A DNA stretch of 31,385 nucleotides from an uncultured Eubacteriales bacterium (GTDB lineage: Bacteria; Bacillota; Clostridia; Oscillospirales; JAKOTC01), in the NCBI GenBank assembly GCA_964587625.1, contig CAZPLU010000030.1, positions 1 through 31,385 of the forward strand, read 5' to 3'. This document shows, piece after piece, positions 8,401 through 16,407 of this stretch. Made by a program: the position numbers and the translations under genes. The notes under the pieces are model-generated. The model was not told where the DNA came from and did no database searches. It saw only the letters and a list, made by a program, of their open reading frames with translations. The stretch's first letter is position 1, and each line of letters opens with the position of its first letter.

Positions 8401-10446
8401 TCATTTTTTATACTCCGCGAAAATAAAAGTCGCGGGTTTTTCCAGTTTCACTTTGATGCCCCCGTCGGCTTTTTCAACCGTGCCGCCGCCGTTGGTGTAA
8501 AGCGTTTGAAATTCCGTCCCCGCGCTCTCCATCGGGTAAAAATGCGTATCTTTGGGCGAGAACTCGCGGAACAGCAGCAGATACCCGCCGTCTGTGCAGT
8601 CGATGTCAAAGCCGGTATAACTCACGCCGTCGGGCAAGCCGCCGATCGGGCTGACGTTTCCGACTGCCATCCGCCCGCGGTGCCGCTTATAAACGCGCAC
8701 GATTCCGGCCAGCAGCGCAATATCTTCTTCGGCCAAATGGCTCAATTCCATCCAAAACAGCGGGCAGGCCGTCATCGCGCAGGCAAAGACCGTGTCCGCC
8801 GGCCACAGCGCCGGGCGCAGCGGGTCGGGTTCTCCGTACCGCCCGTTATATAACCCGTCGTTGCGGCGCACGTTCAATAATTCAAACTGGCATTTTCCAA
8901 CCGGAATGTATTTCGAGAGCTCCCAGACATTTTTCAGCGTGTAATGCGGATAATAATTCGCCGAATCGGTGTAGCGGTTCTCGATGAACAAGCTGCCGTA
9001 CTCCTTCTGATACAGATGCCCCAGCCGCACCTGCGCGGTGATGTCCATGTTGAACCATACCCTGCCGCCGCTCTCCGCCGTCACCCTGCGCCTCATCTTG
9101 AGCAGGTTGATCTCGCCCCGCTTGCTCCTTAAAATGATGCCGTCCAGCTTGAAAAACCGGGCGTCGTATTTCCGGTGCAGCGCCAATAACGTCTCCGTGT
9201 CCCGCTCCCACAACTCGTAGTCGTTCGCGAGGTCGGGCGAGAACCATAAGCCCAATTGTAAATCCTTCTCCCTGACCGCTTTGGCGACGACCTCCAGCCC
9301 GCCGGGGAATTTTTCGAGATCCGGCTCCCAAAACTCCGGGTCGCTGTCGTAATACCCCCCGCTCCAGAGCTTGTTTTTCACCAAAATCGAGTTGGCCGTC
9401 CTGCCCTTCTGCCAGCCGTCGTCGACCTGCACCGCGTCGATGCCGATCCGCGCCGCGCGCTCGATCTCTTTGAGCATGAACGATTCGCAGACCGCCGCGT
9501 CCTGGCTGCGGTCGCCCCAGGTATTGCTCATCATATAGAGTCCGCGGGTCTCAAGCCCCCGGTATTGCGCCCGGTAGTGTCTTTTGTATTCGTCGTTCAG
9601 CGCCTTTGACTCTCCGACACCCACACAGGCCTGATATAATGGAATCTCGTCGCCCTCCGGCAGATTGGCGTAATCGGCGCCGCTTCCCATCAAAAAGGCG
9701 TAATGGGCGTTATAGGTGCGCAAATCCTCCTTGGTTTTAACCAGATGCCCGGCCGGACAGGGCGCTTCTTTCACCATCATCAGTCCGTGATGGTGAATAT
9801 AGTCGTCGAACAGAAAGAAATGGCCGTCAAAACGCTGTTCCCACATCAGATAAGGGATTTCGGTGCGTTCCTCGACAAAATTGTTGTGGTGGTCGGAGAC
9901 ATCGATCAACCGCGTGCGGGTCAGGCGGGTGTGCCGGCTGTTCAGGCGGACGGCCTCGATGGTGTCGGGCGGCGGGATCAGAACACCTCCGCTAGTCGCC
10001 GCATCTTTACCGAGCGTGGCGTTCTCAATCCCCTCGCTGACCGTGACCTTATCCTCCGTCTTCCCCAACTTGACTTTTCCGCTGACGGCAATAGATAATC
10101 TCGTCGTGATAAAGGCGACGCCGGGAAAAATCACGTTCCGCCATTTGACCGTGACGTTTTCCCCCTCGAAAACCGTCTCCATCACCAACCCGGTATGCGA
10201 AAGCCCTAAACAATCGTCGGTGAAGCAGTCGAATGATACCTTGCACTTATCAAAATCCAGCACCGGCAGGCAAAACGCCGCAGTCGGCTGCGCCGGGGAG
10301 CGCCATTGATATCCGCTCCGCTTGTCCTCGATGTATTCAGTCACGGGCACGTTTCCGTAAAAAACGACCCTGCGCGCAATTTTATCGTTTTCGATCACAA
10401 ACCCGTCGTCCGTTTCCGTCACTTTACAGTCCTGATATTCCCGCAT
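8401..10446 (-). CDS. GH36-like glycoside hydrolase (alpha-galactosidase family)
   Basis: About 680 aa, with IDAVQVDDGWQ and FFKLDGI motifs in the positions expected for the GH36 catalytic barrel. The ATG at 10446 (MREYQD...) has GGCGAGG upstream, whereas the track start at 10485 has no RBS. Confidence 0.65.
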   Translation of the reverse strand: MREYQDCKVTETDDGFVIENDKIARRVVFYGNVPVTEYIEDKRSGYQWRSPAQPTAAFCLPVLDFDKCKVSFDCFTDDCLGLSHTGLVMETVFEGENVTVKWRNVIFPGVAFITTRLSIAVSGKVKLGKTEDKVTVSEGIENATLGKDAATSGGVLIPPPDTIEAVRLNSRHTRLTRTRLIDVSDHHNNFVEERTEIPYLMWEQRFDGHFFLFDDYIHHHGLMMVKEAPCPAGHLVKTKEDLRTYNAHYAFLMGSGADYANLPEGDEIPLYQACVGVGESKALNDEYKRHYRAQYRGLETRGLYMMSNTWGDRSQDAAVCESFMLKEIERAARIGIDAVQVDDGWQKGRTANSILVKNKLWSGGYYDSDPEFWEPDLEKFPGGLEVVAKAVREKDLQLGLWFSPDLANDYELWERDTETLLALHRKYDARFFKLDGIILRSKRGEINLLKMRRRVTAESGGRVWFNMDITAQVRLGHLYQKEYGSLFIENRYTDSANYYPHYTLKNVWELSKYIPVGKCQFELLNVRRNDGLYNGRYGEPDPLRPALWPADTVFACAMTACPLFWMELSHLAEEDIALLAGIVRVYKRHRGRMAVGNVSPIGGLPDGVSYTGFDIDCTDGGYLLLFREFSPKDTHFYPMESAGTEFQTLYTNGGGTVEKADGGIKVKLEKPATFIFAEYKK

Positions 10447-10606
10447 ATACGCCTCGCCTTTCGATAGTTGTAATAGAACAATCATATCACAAATATCTTT
10501 GTTTTTTCAATAAACAGATCATGTTTTACCCAAACGGATTTACAACGGGGCTTCTCCGGTGCAAAATAGAAATCGGCCCTTCGGTATATTCATAGGGATA
10601 AACACG

Positions 10607-11167
10607 ATGATAAAGACGACGGCGTCCGGGCTTGCCGTATTCATCAAGCCGGAAACGCCGGATGAGCATGAGCAGGTCAACCAACTGATATACACAGCTT
10701 TTTCCGAGAGCTACGGCGTCAAAACGGGGACGTTTATGCGCGGGCATATAGAAGAAGAACGAAAAAAAGATACGTTTATCTCCGGACTTTCGCTTGTCGC
10801 TCTGCTCGAAAACGGGAAAATTGCCGGGCAGGTGACGCTGTATGAAACCGACATCATCACCGACACGGGAAGCATTACACAGCTTGTGCTCTCGCAAAGC
10901 GCCGTGCTGCCCGAATACCAAAAGCGCGGCATCATGAGGGAACTGGTCACGACCGCGTTGGGCAAAGCAAAGGAAATGGGTTATCAGGCCGTGTTTTTGG
11001 GCGGGAACCCCGCACTTTACGGCAGATTCGGGTTTGAGCCGTCATACAAGTACGGCATTTATCATGAAAACCGAAAGCAATGGGGGGACGAGGGGTTTTT
11101 GATCTGTAAATTGGTCCCCGACGCGCTGGAGGGTATCACCGGCACGACCTCCTATTACGGCGGTTGA
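10607..11167 (+). CDS. GNAT-family N-acetyltransferase (YhbS-like)
   Basis: 186 aa. The acetyl-CoA motif is VLPEYQKRGIMRELV and the C-terminal part is YGRFGFEPS. Start ATG at 10607 after AGGGA. Confidence 0.75.
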   Translation: MIKTTASGLAVFIKPETPDEHEQVNQLIYTAFSESYGVKTGTFMRGHIEEERKKDTFISGLSLVALLENGKIAGQVTLYETDIITDTGSITQLVLSQSAVLPEYQKRGIMRELVTTALGKAKEMGYQAVFLGGNPALYGRFGFEPSYKYGIYHENRKQWGDEGFLICKLVPDALEGITGTTSYYGG

Positions 11168-11274
11168 ATTTCATTTTTGTATATCGTTTCGCCGGTACTG
11201 ACATTATCGTGCACCAAATGCAAGGCAACATTCTGATAAAATTGCTATCATTCATTTCGAAGGGAGGGGCTTCG

Positions 11275-11486
11275 ATGGACTGGCTTGACAGCATGAACCG
11301 CGTGATGGACTAATCGAAGCAAACCTGTCGGACGAAATCTCGTATGATAAAGCCGCGCAAATCGCCTGCTGCTCCACCTATCACTTTCAACGGATGTTTT
11401 CGCTTTTGCAAGAGGTGGAAAAGCAGCCGGGCGATCTGATCGATTACGGCGTAACTTATGCCCACAACCCGAACGGTCGCTCATGA
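11275..11486 (+). pseudogene. decayed AraC-family (GyrI-effector type) transcriptional regulator
   Basis: AGGGAGGGG RBS plus ATG 11275 gives MDWLDSMNRVMD, then TAA at 11311. The -1 frame from 11313 continues IEANLSDEISYDKAAQIACCSTYHFQRMFSLL, which is the classic first HTH of MarA/AraC-type proteins. It then reads QEVEKQPGDLIDYGVTYAHNPNGRS and stops at 11486. That is one frameshift plus loss of most of a ~290-aa gene. Confidence 0.7.
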
Positions 11487-11498
11487 ACGACAACAAGC

Positions 11499-11530
11499 CC
11501 CCGCAGGTTTTCTGCGAGGGTTTGGTTTTT
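11499..11530 (+). terminator. intrinsic terminator
   Basis: CCCCGCAG (11499-11506) pairs with CTGCG(A)GGG (11512-11520), an 8-bp stem with one bulge and a 5-nt loop, followed by TTTGGTTTTT. Confidence 0.6.
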
Positions 11531-11542
11531 ATGAATGGCTGT

Positions 11543-12118
11543 TTATGCGGTTTTGATAAAAGAAAATCCCGACAACATATTTTCGAATAATTCATCGTTT
11601 GGCAAAACAAATTTATACAATTGACGGAATTTACCCTGCATTTGCGTGCTCCAACAGTAATAGATGGTATGCGAGCCGTCTTGGGAAGGCGTTAAAATAT
11701 ACCCATACTTGACATCCTCGATTAGTATATACTCAACAAACCCGAAATTGGAGTCCCGCTCTTTCAAAGAGATCATCTTCTTGACTTGTTCGTCGCTGGT
11801 ACCTTTCGGGAATAATTTGCTGTAGGATATCGAGATGTAGTACGCCTCGTTTTCGGTTTTCACGATCAAGACATCTTCAAATTCGCTGTCGAATTCGGCC
11901 AATTCTTCGTTGGTCGGCAACGAATAATAGAATCTCTCCTTGTATTCCTCATCCGTGAGCGCCCGCCAGCCCTCCGGAATCGTATAGGACAGCTCGAAGA
12001 ATTCGTTTTTATAGATCCCGTCTGTTACAGCGCCTCTTTTGGGCGACGCCGTGGTACAGCCGAACATCGAAAAAGCCAAAACGAGCAACAGAGACAACGC
12101 AATCAATTTTTTAAACAT
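11543..12118 (-). CDS. putative lipoprotein, function unknown
   Basis: MFKKLIALSLLLVLAFSMFGC is a signal peptide ending in a lipobox-like FGC. ATG at 12118 lies 9 nt from AAAGGA. The mature part has no recognisable family. Confidence 0.65.
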   Translation of the reverse strand: MFKKLIALSLLLVLAFSMFGCTTASPKRGAVTDGIYKNEFFELSYTIPEGWRALTDEEYKERFYYSLPTNEELAEFDSEFEDVLIVKTENEAYYISISYSKLFPKGTSDEQVKKMISLKERDSNFGFVEYILIEDVKYGYILTPSQDGSHTIYYCWSTQMQGKFRQLYKFVLPNDELFENMLSGFSFIKTA

Positions 12119-12368
12119 TGAAATCATCCTTTCGGTACGGAGCGTTTTCCGCGTTGTCATAATCTTATGACAGCGAACATGAAAACTTGCTCCTCAAAAC
12201 ATAAAGTTTGAATCATTATACCATCTTCCATTTGCACCTGTCAACTCGAAAATTGATGTAACTCTAAAAATGAAACGGCAAAAATGTCTTTTCCCATCTG
12301 CCGCATCACGGGCGTTTTGCAACGTTTGACATCACGGGTTCCCCTATCAATCGAAATCTCAGCTTCAA

Positions 12369-12410
12369 TGTGAGTTCATCACAGAAAACGATCCGGCGGC
12401 GGATTATAAT
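12369..12410 (+). promoter_or_regulatory. CRP-type box plus -10 element upstream of the ferredoxin-trxA pair
   Basis: TGTGA-GTTCA-TCACA at 12369-12383. TATAAT at 12405-12410 has no good -35. The palindrome centre is ~41 nt upstream of the expected start site, which is class II activator geometry. Confidence 0.45.
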
Positions 12411-12443
12411 ACAGCCATAACCAAGAAGGAGCCGTGTTTCAAT

Positions 12444-12674
12444 ATGCCTTTCGGATGGTGTGACAAGCAAAAAATCGCCGTTTCCAACGACAAAAAACTT
12501 ATGGTCAACAAGCGCCGCTGCTCCCAAAACCACCCCTGTCCCGCTGTCTGGGCCTGCCCGACAAAAGCGCTTTCGCAAATGAATTACGAGGCACCCGTTG
12601 TCGACGTTCAAAAATGCACCGGCTGCGGACATTGTATCAGTGCCTGTCCGCTTGGTGCGCTGTCGCTATTATAA
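12444..12674 (+). CDS. small 4Fe-4S ferredoxin-domain protein
   Basis: 76 aa. It has a canonical CTGCGHCISACP motif plus a second, non-canonical Cys set (C-x5-CP-x4-CP). GGAG lies 12 nt upstream of the ATG. Confidence 0.7.
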   Translation: MPFGWCDKQKIAVSNDKKLMVNKRRCSQNHPCPAVWACPTKALSQMNYEAPVVDVQKCTGCGHCISACPLGALSLL

Positions 12675-12713
12675 CCGAGAATCATAAAACATAACCGATA
12701 AGGAGGCATCCCC

Positions 12714-13022
12714 ATGTCAGTCATTCACATCACAAAAGATAATTTCCAGACCGAGGTCATGGAAAGCACCGTCCCTGTTCTGCTCGATTTTTGGGCGTCC
12801 TGGTGCGGCCCGTGCCGTATGGTCTCACCGGTTATCGGCGAGATTGCCCAAGAGACCCCGACGATCAAAGTCGGAAAGATCAATGTCGACGAACAGCGGG
12901 AGCTCGCCACCGCGTTCAACATCATGAGCATCCCCACGCTGGTCGTAATGAAGAACGGTAAAATCACCAATCAGGCACTCGGCGTCCGCCCCAAACAGCA
13001 AATCCTCTCCATGCTCAACTGA
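12714..13022 (+). CDS. trxA: thioredoxin
   Basis: 102 aa with the WCGPC active site (FWASWCGPCRM). The classic thioredoxin fold pattern is visible (KINVDE..., IPTLVVMKNG). AAGGAGG RBS. Confidence 0.93.
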   Translation: MSVIHITKDNFQTEVMESTVPVLLDFWASWCGPCRMVSPVIGEIAQETPTIKVGKINVDEQRELATAFNIMSIPTLVVMKNGKITNQALGVRPKQQILSMLN

Positions 13023-13041
13023 TCAACCGTTTTGCACCAAT

Positions 13042-13080
13042 AAACCCGCCGCTCGGCATTGATCGGGCGGCGGGTTTTTA
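13042..13080 (+). terminator. intrinsic terminator after trxA
   Basis: AAACCCGCCGC (13042-13052) pairs with GCGGCGGGTTT (13067-13077), followed by a T-run. Confidence 0.8.
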
Positions 13081-13177
13081 TTGGCGTGTTTCGTATGCAA
13101 GGGTATGGAAAAACCAATCGCCGCTTTTTCATATTGATTTTCAAACGGCTCGCTGTATATTTCATTCCGCAGGGAAT

Positions 13178-13831
13178 TTATATCATTGCCTCCAGCTTTT
13201 TGCGGTTTCTGATCTCTACCCCGCCGCGCGTCAAAATGATCATATCTTCGGTCTGGAAATAATTCAACATTCTCGTCACGACCTCACGCGCCGTTCCAAG
13301 GTGGTTTGCGATTATTTCGTGCGTGATTTTGAGCGCATGCGTCCCTTCCAAGTTGCTCTCATCAAGCAAAAACGCGGCAAGGCGCTTGTCGAAGCTCTTC
13401 CACATGATCTGTTCTATCAACCACATGACCTCCGAAAACCGCGAGGCCATGATTTCGTTGGTGTAATTTGCGATCACGGCGGAACGCTCCATCAGGTCTT
13501 TATAAATCGTCGTTGGAATCACCCATAATTCCGTGTCCTTCTCGGCCTCAATCGCGATCTCAAACTGGATACTCGACATCATGCATGAGGCGGAAAACAG
13601 ACAGATGTCCCGCTCAAACAGGCGGTAGATCGTGACCTCCCTGCCCTCATCTGATAATATGTATGCCCGCAGCTGACCCGAACGGATCAAAAAAAGGCCG
13701 ATGCAATCGGCGGAACCGCTGTAGACCATCGTCCCCTTTTTGACAAAACGGGGCTGTGCGGCTTGTGTAATTGTCGCTTTTTCGGCGGTGTTCAGCTTCT
13801 CCCAAATCGGGAAATATTCGGATATATCCAC
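13178..13831 (-). CDS. Crp/Fnr-family transcriptional regulator
   Basis: It has a cNMP-binding-like beta-roll and a C-terminal HTH, ITHEIIANHLGTAREVVTRMLNYFQTEDMI. This aligns without gaps to E. coli CRP [30 protein letters not shown], with the R-E-x3-R recognition residues conserved. The best start is GTG 13831, 5 nt after GAGGAGGGG. The ATG at 13855 lies inside the -10 box. There is no FNR-type N-terminal Cys cluster. Confidence 0.85.
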   Translation of the reverse strand: MDISEYFPIWEKLNTAEKATITQAAQPRFVKKGTMVYSGSADCIGLFLIRSGQLRAYILSDEGREVTIYRLFERDICLFSASCMMSSIQFEIAIEAEKDTELWVIPTTIYKDLMERSAVIANYTNEIMASRFSEVMWLIEQIMWKSFDKRLAAFLLDESNLEGTHALKITHEIIANHLGTAREVVTRMLNYFQTEDMIILTRGGVEIRNRKKLEAMI

Positions 13832-13853
13832 GATCTCCCCTCCTCTTTGCTTC

Positions 13854-13882
13854 ATTATAAAAACAATTTAAAAAAATGTCAA
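13854..13882 (-). promoter_or_regulatory. consensus sigma-A promoter of the Crp-family regulator
   Basis: Read on the minus strand: TTGACA (13882-13877), exactly 17 nt, TATAAT (13859-13854). Confidence 0.7.
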
Positions 13883-13890
13883 GAATGTTA

Positions 13891-13919
13891 TTGACATATG
13901 TCATATATAAGGGTATAAT
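13891..13919 (+). promoter_or_regulatory. consensus sigma-A promoter of the DUF5320/NifX/MinD-Fd operon
   Basis: TTGACA (13891-13896), exactly 17 nt, TATAAT (13914-13919). It lies back-to-back with the regulator promoter, with 8 bp between the two -35 boxes. Confidence 0.7.
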
Positions 13920-13942
13920 ATGTTTGTAAATGACATATGTCG
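13892..13942. promoter_or_regulatory. pair of TGACATATGTCA palindromic operator candidates
   Basis: A perfect 12-bp palindrome, TGACATATGTCA, sits at 13892-13903 and overlaps the -35. An 11/12 copy, TGACATATGTCg, sits at 13931-13942 just downstream of the predicted start site. Centres are 39 bp apart. Confidence 0.55.
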
Positions 13943-13963
13943 CTTAAGAAGGAGGTGAAACAT

Positions 13964-14215
13964 ATGCCGGGAATGAATGGAACAGGTCCGCTCGGCCTTG
14001 GATCGAGAACCGGGCGGGCATTGGGTCTTTGCGGCGAAAATCGGTCTATGGGCAGGTCTTCGAGATTTTTTCGGTGTGGTTGCAACCGTTATTATGGTTT
14101 TGGCAACAATCACAGCGATCCTGATGCGAATTCGAGAAAAGCCCTGAACGCGCGTAAAATCTTGCTGCAGGAACAACTCTCTGCCGTCAATGAACAACTG
14201 GAACGGCAAGAATGA
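13964..14215 (+). CDS. DUF5320-family protein
   Basis: 83 aa from the ATG at 13964, which lies 7 nt after AAGGAGGTG. The N-terminus MPGMNGTGPLGLGSRTGRALGLCG, the Gly/Arg/Cys-rich middle and the C-terminal coiled coil (LLQEQLSAVNEQLERQE) match the family pattern as I remember it. Confidence 0.7.
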   Translation: MPGMNGTGPLGLGSRTGRALGLCGENRSMGRSSRFFRCGCNRYYGFGNNHSDPDANSRKALNARKILLQEQLSAVNEQLERQE

Positions 14216-14222
14216 AACAAAC

Positions 14223-14254
14223 GCCGCCCTCCGAACAATCATTCGGAGGGCGGC
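14223..14254 (+). promoter_or_regulatory. GC-rich intra-operon stem-loop (no U-tract)
   Basis: GCCGCCCTCCGAA (14223-14235) pairs perfectly with TTCGGAGGGCGGC (14242-14254), a 13-bp stem with a 6-nt loop. It is followed directly by AAAAGGAG, the RBS of the next gene, rather than by a T-run. Confidence 0.7.
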
Positions 14255-14269
14255 AAAAGGAGAATGAAT

Positions 14270-14632
14270 ATGATGATCGCGATTCCGGTCAACGAGGCCG
14301 GTGAGCAAGCCGAAATTTGCGTCTCTTTCGGCAGATCGCCGTTTTTTCTGTTTCACGATACCGAGACGGGAAAAAATATCACCGAAGTCAATTCAGCGGC
14401 AACCGCACAGGGCGGTGCAGGTATCAAAGCGGCTCAATTTATCGTCGATAAAGGGGCAAAAGCACTAATCACGCCGCGTTGCGGTGAAAATGCCGCACAA
14501 GTGCTTAAATCCGCCGGTGTCGCAATTCATCAATGCGCAGGCATGAACACAACGCGAAACATTGCCGACTTCAAAGCCGGAAAGCTCGGGTTGCTCGGCG
14601 GCTTTCACGCCGGTTTTCACGGCGGACAGTAA
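14270..14632 (+). CDS. NifX/NifB-C-terminal-like Fe-Mo-cluster-binding-domain protein (COG1433 type)
   Basis: MMIAIPVNE...FGRSPFFLFHD...GAGIKAAQFIVDKGAKALITPRCGENAAQVLKSAGVAI fits the dinitrogenase FeMo-cofactor-binding fold family. The tail is His-rich (GGFHAGFHGGQ). ATG 14270 is 7 nt from GGAG, whereas the track start at 14264 is only 1 nt from it. Confidence 0.8.
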   Translation: MMIAIPVNEAGEQAEICVSFGRSPFFLFHDTETGKNITEVNSAATAQGGAGIKAAQFIVDKGAKALITPRCGENAAQVLKSAGVAIHQCAGMNTTRNIADFKAGKLGLLGGFHAGFHGGQ

Positions 14633-14643
14633 ATCAATAAACA

Positions 14644-15480
14644 ATGAAAGTCGCAGTACTCAGCGGAAAAGGCGGCACCGGCAAGACCTTCGTCAGCGTC
14701 AATCTCGCCGCTGCCGCCGACCGCGCCGTCTATGTCGATTGTGATGTTGAGGAACCAAACGGGCGATTATTTTTCAAGCCGGTAACCCCCGCCAAAGCGC
14801 CTGTCTATACCCCGCTGCCGACCTTTGACGCGCAAAAATGCACCGGCTGCCGAACATGCGTAAACTTCTGCAGGTTCAACGCATTGGCGTTTACTCGGGA
14901 AAAGCCGGTCGTGTTCGCGGGGATTTGCCACGGCTGCGGTGGATGCAAATGGGTCTGTCCGAACGGCGCGGTCGGCGAACAAAAACGTCGGGTCGGCGTT
15001 GTCGAAACCGGTCTAAGCGGCCATGTGCGCGTCGTGACCGGAATTCTCAATCCCGGCGAACCCTCGGGCGTTCCGGTCGTTAAAGCCGCGCTGAAAAACG
15101 TAAAACCCGATCCGCTTATCGTCATTGATTGCCCGCCGGGCAGTTCCTGTTCGGTCATGGAGAGCGTGGCGGATGCTGATTTCTGTCTCCTTGTTGCCGA
15201 ACCCACGGTCTTCGGATTGCACAATCTCAAAATGGTCGCTGCGCTTGTCCGTCTGTTTCGAAAACCGTTTGGCGTTGTCATCAATAAAATATGGGGGAGT
15301 TTTGAACCGCTCGAATCATTTTGCGAACAAAACGGCATCCCGATACTATGCCGAATCACTTACAGCGTGAACCTCGCGCAGTGCTGCGCGAAAGCTCAAA
15401 TCGCCGTTTTCGAAGACGACGGAATGAAAAATCTGTTTTCTCGGCTGCTTGATTCCATACAAAAGGAACTTTCGCCATGA
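14644..15480 (+). CDS. MinD/ParA-superfamily P-loop ATPase with inserted 2x[4Fe-4S] ferredoxin domain (COG1149 type)
   Basis: It has a deviant Walker A (SGKGGTGKT) and a DCDVEEPN motif. The two cluster motifs are CTGCRTCVNFC and CHGCGGCKWVCP. DCPPGSSCSV is also present. Confidence 0.88.
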   Translation: MKVAVLSGKGGTGKTFVSVNLAAAADRAVYVDCDVEEPNGRLFFKPVTPAKAPVYTPLPTFDAQKCTGCRTCVNFCRFNALAFTREKPVVFAGICHGCGGCKWVCPNGAVGEQKRRVGVVETGLSGHVRVVTGILNPGEPSGVPVVKAALKNVKPDPLIVIDCPPGSSCSVMESVADADFCLLVAEPTVFGLHNLKMVAALVRLFRKPFGVVINKIWGSFEPLESFCEQNGIPILCRITYSVNLAQCCAKAQIAVFEDDGMKNLFSRLLDSIQKELSP

Positions 15481-16364
15481 AAAAACTTCTGATCCTCAGC
15501 GGCAAAGGCGGCACCGGCAAAACCACGGCGGCAGCGGCATTCATCGCTTTTACCCAAGCTCGCGCTTTCGCCGATTGTGACGTCGACGCGCCCAATCTGC
15601 ATCTTATCACAAAATTGAATACGATTCCGAAGCGCGATGACTTTTACGGCTCCCAAAAAGCCGTGATCGACGCCGAGCAATGTACCGGCTGCGGATTGTG
15701 TACGGAGCGCTGCCGTTTTGGCGCGATCCGTCCGGCAGGTCGGAAGTATGTCGTCGGGGAATACGAATGCGAGGGCTGCGGCGTTTGTGAATTTGTCTGC
15801 CCCGCCGGGGCGATCACCCTCAACGACGATGTCTCCGGACAACTCGAGCTGTATCGCGGAGCGCGCGTCTTCTCGACGGCAACGCTCAAGATGGGACGCG
15901 GGAACTCCGGAAAACTTGTATCGCAAGTCAAATCGGCGCTGACTGACGCCCTGCCCGAGACCGAACTCCAAATCATCGACGGCTCGCCCGGCATCGGCTG
16001 TCCGGTCATCGCCTCAATAAGCGGGGTCGATCTTGTGCTCGTGGTCGCAGAACCGTCCCTCTCGGGGCGCAGCGATCTGCGGCGCATCCTCGAAACCGCC
16101 GCAATTCTCGGCGTAAAGACCGCCGTCTGCGTCAATAAATTCGATATCTGCCCCGAAAACACCGGAGCCATCAAAGCCCTTTGCGAATCCGAAAATATCC
16201 CTTTCGCCGGACAAATTCCCTACGACCGGCATGTGCCAAAAGCCATTAACGCCGGACGCAGCATCGCGGATATCGATTGTCCGGCCAGAGACGCTCTTTA
16301 TGCGGTTTTCGAGCGTGTATCGGCTCTTCTTGACGAGAGTAAAAAGAACGGCTCGATAGAATGA
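15477..16364 (+). CDS. second MinD/ParA-superfamily ATPase with inserted 2x[4Fe-4S] ferredoxin domain (paralogue)
   Basis: Motifs are SGKGGTGKT, DCDVDAPN, CTGCGLCTERC, CEGCGVCEFVCP and DGSPGIGCPV. Its start overlaps the upstream stop (ATGA at 15477-15480), which indicates translational coupling. Confidence 0.88.
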   Translation: MKKLLILSGKGGTGKTTAAAAFIAFTQARAFADCDVDAPNLHLITKLNTIPKRDDFYGSQKAVIDAEQCTGCGLCTERCRFGAIRPAGRKYVVGEYECEGCGVCEFVCPAGAITLNDDVSGQLELYRGARVFSTATLKMGRGNSGKLVSQVKSALTDALPETELQIIDGSPGIGCPVIASISGVDLVLVVAEPSLSGRSDLRRILETAAILGVKTAVCVNKFDICPENTGAIKALCESENIPFAGQIPYDRHVPKAINAGRSIADIDCPARDALYAVFERVSALLDESKKNGSIE

Positions 16365-16407
16365 ACCGATCCCGTATCAAAAAATGAATGATTTGGAGGA
16401 AAACAAT

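Noticed and set aside
13853-13855. ATG at 13855 as the start of the Crp-family regulator (track start)
   Set aside because: It lies inside the -10 hexamer of the regulator's own consensus promoter and has no RBS. The GTG at 13831 lies 5 nt downstream of GAGGAGGGG.
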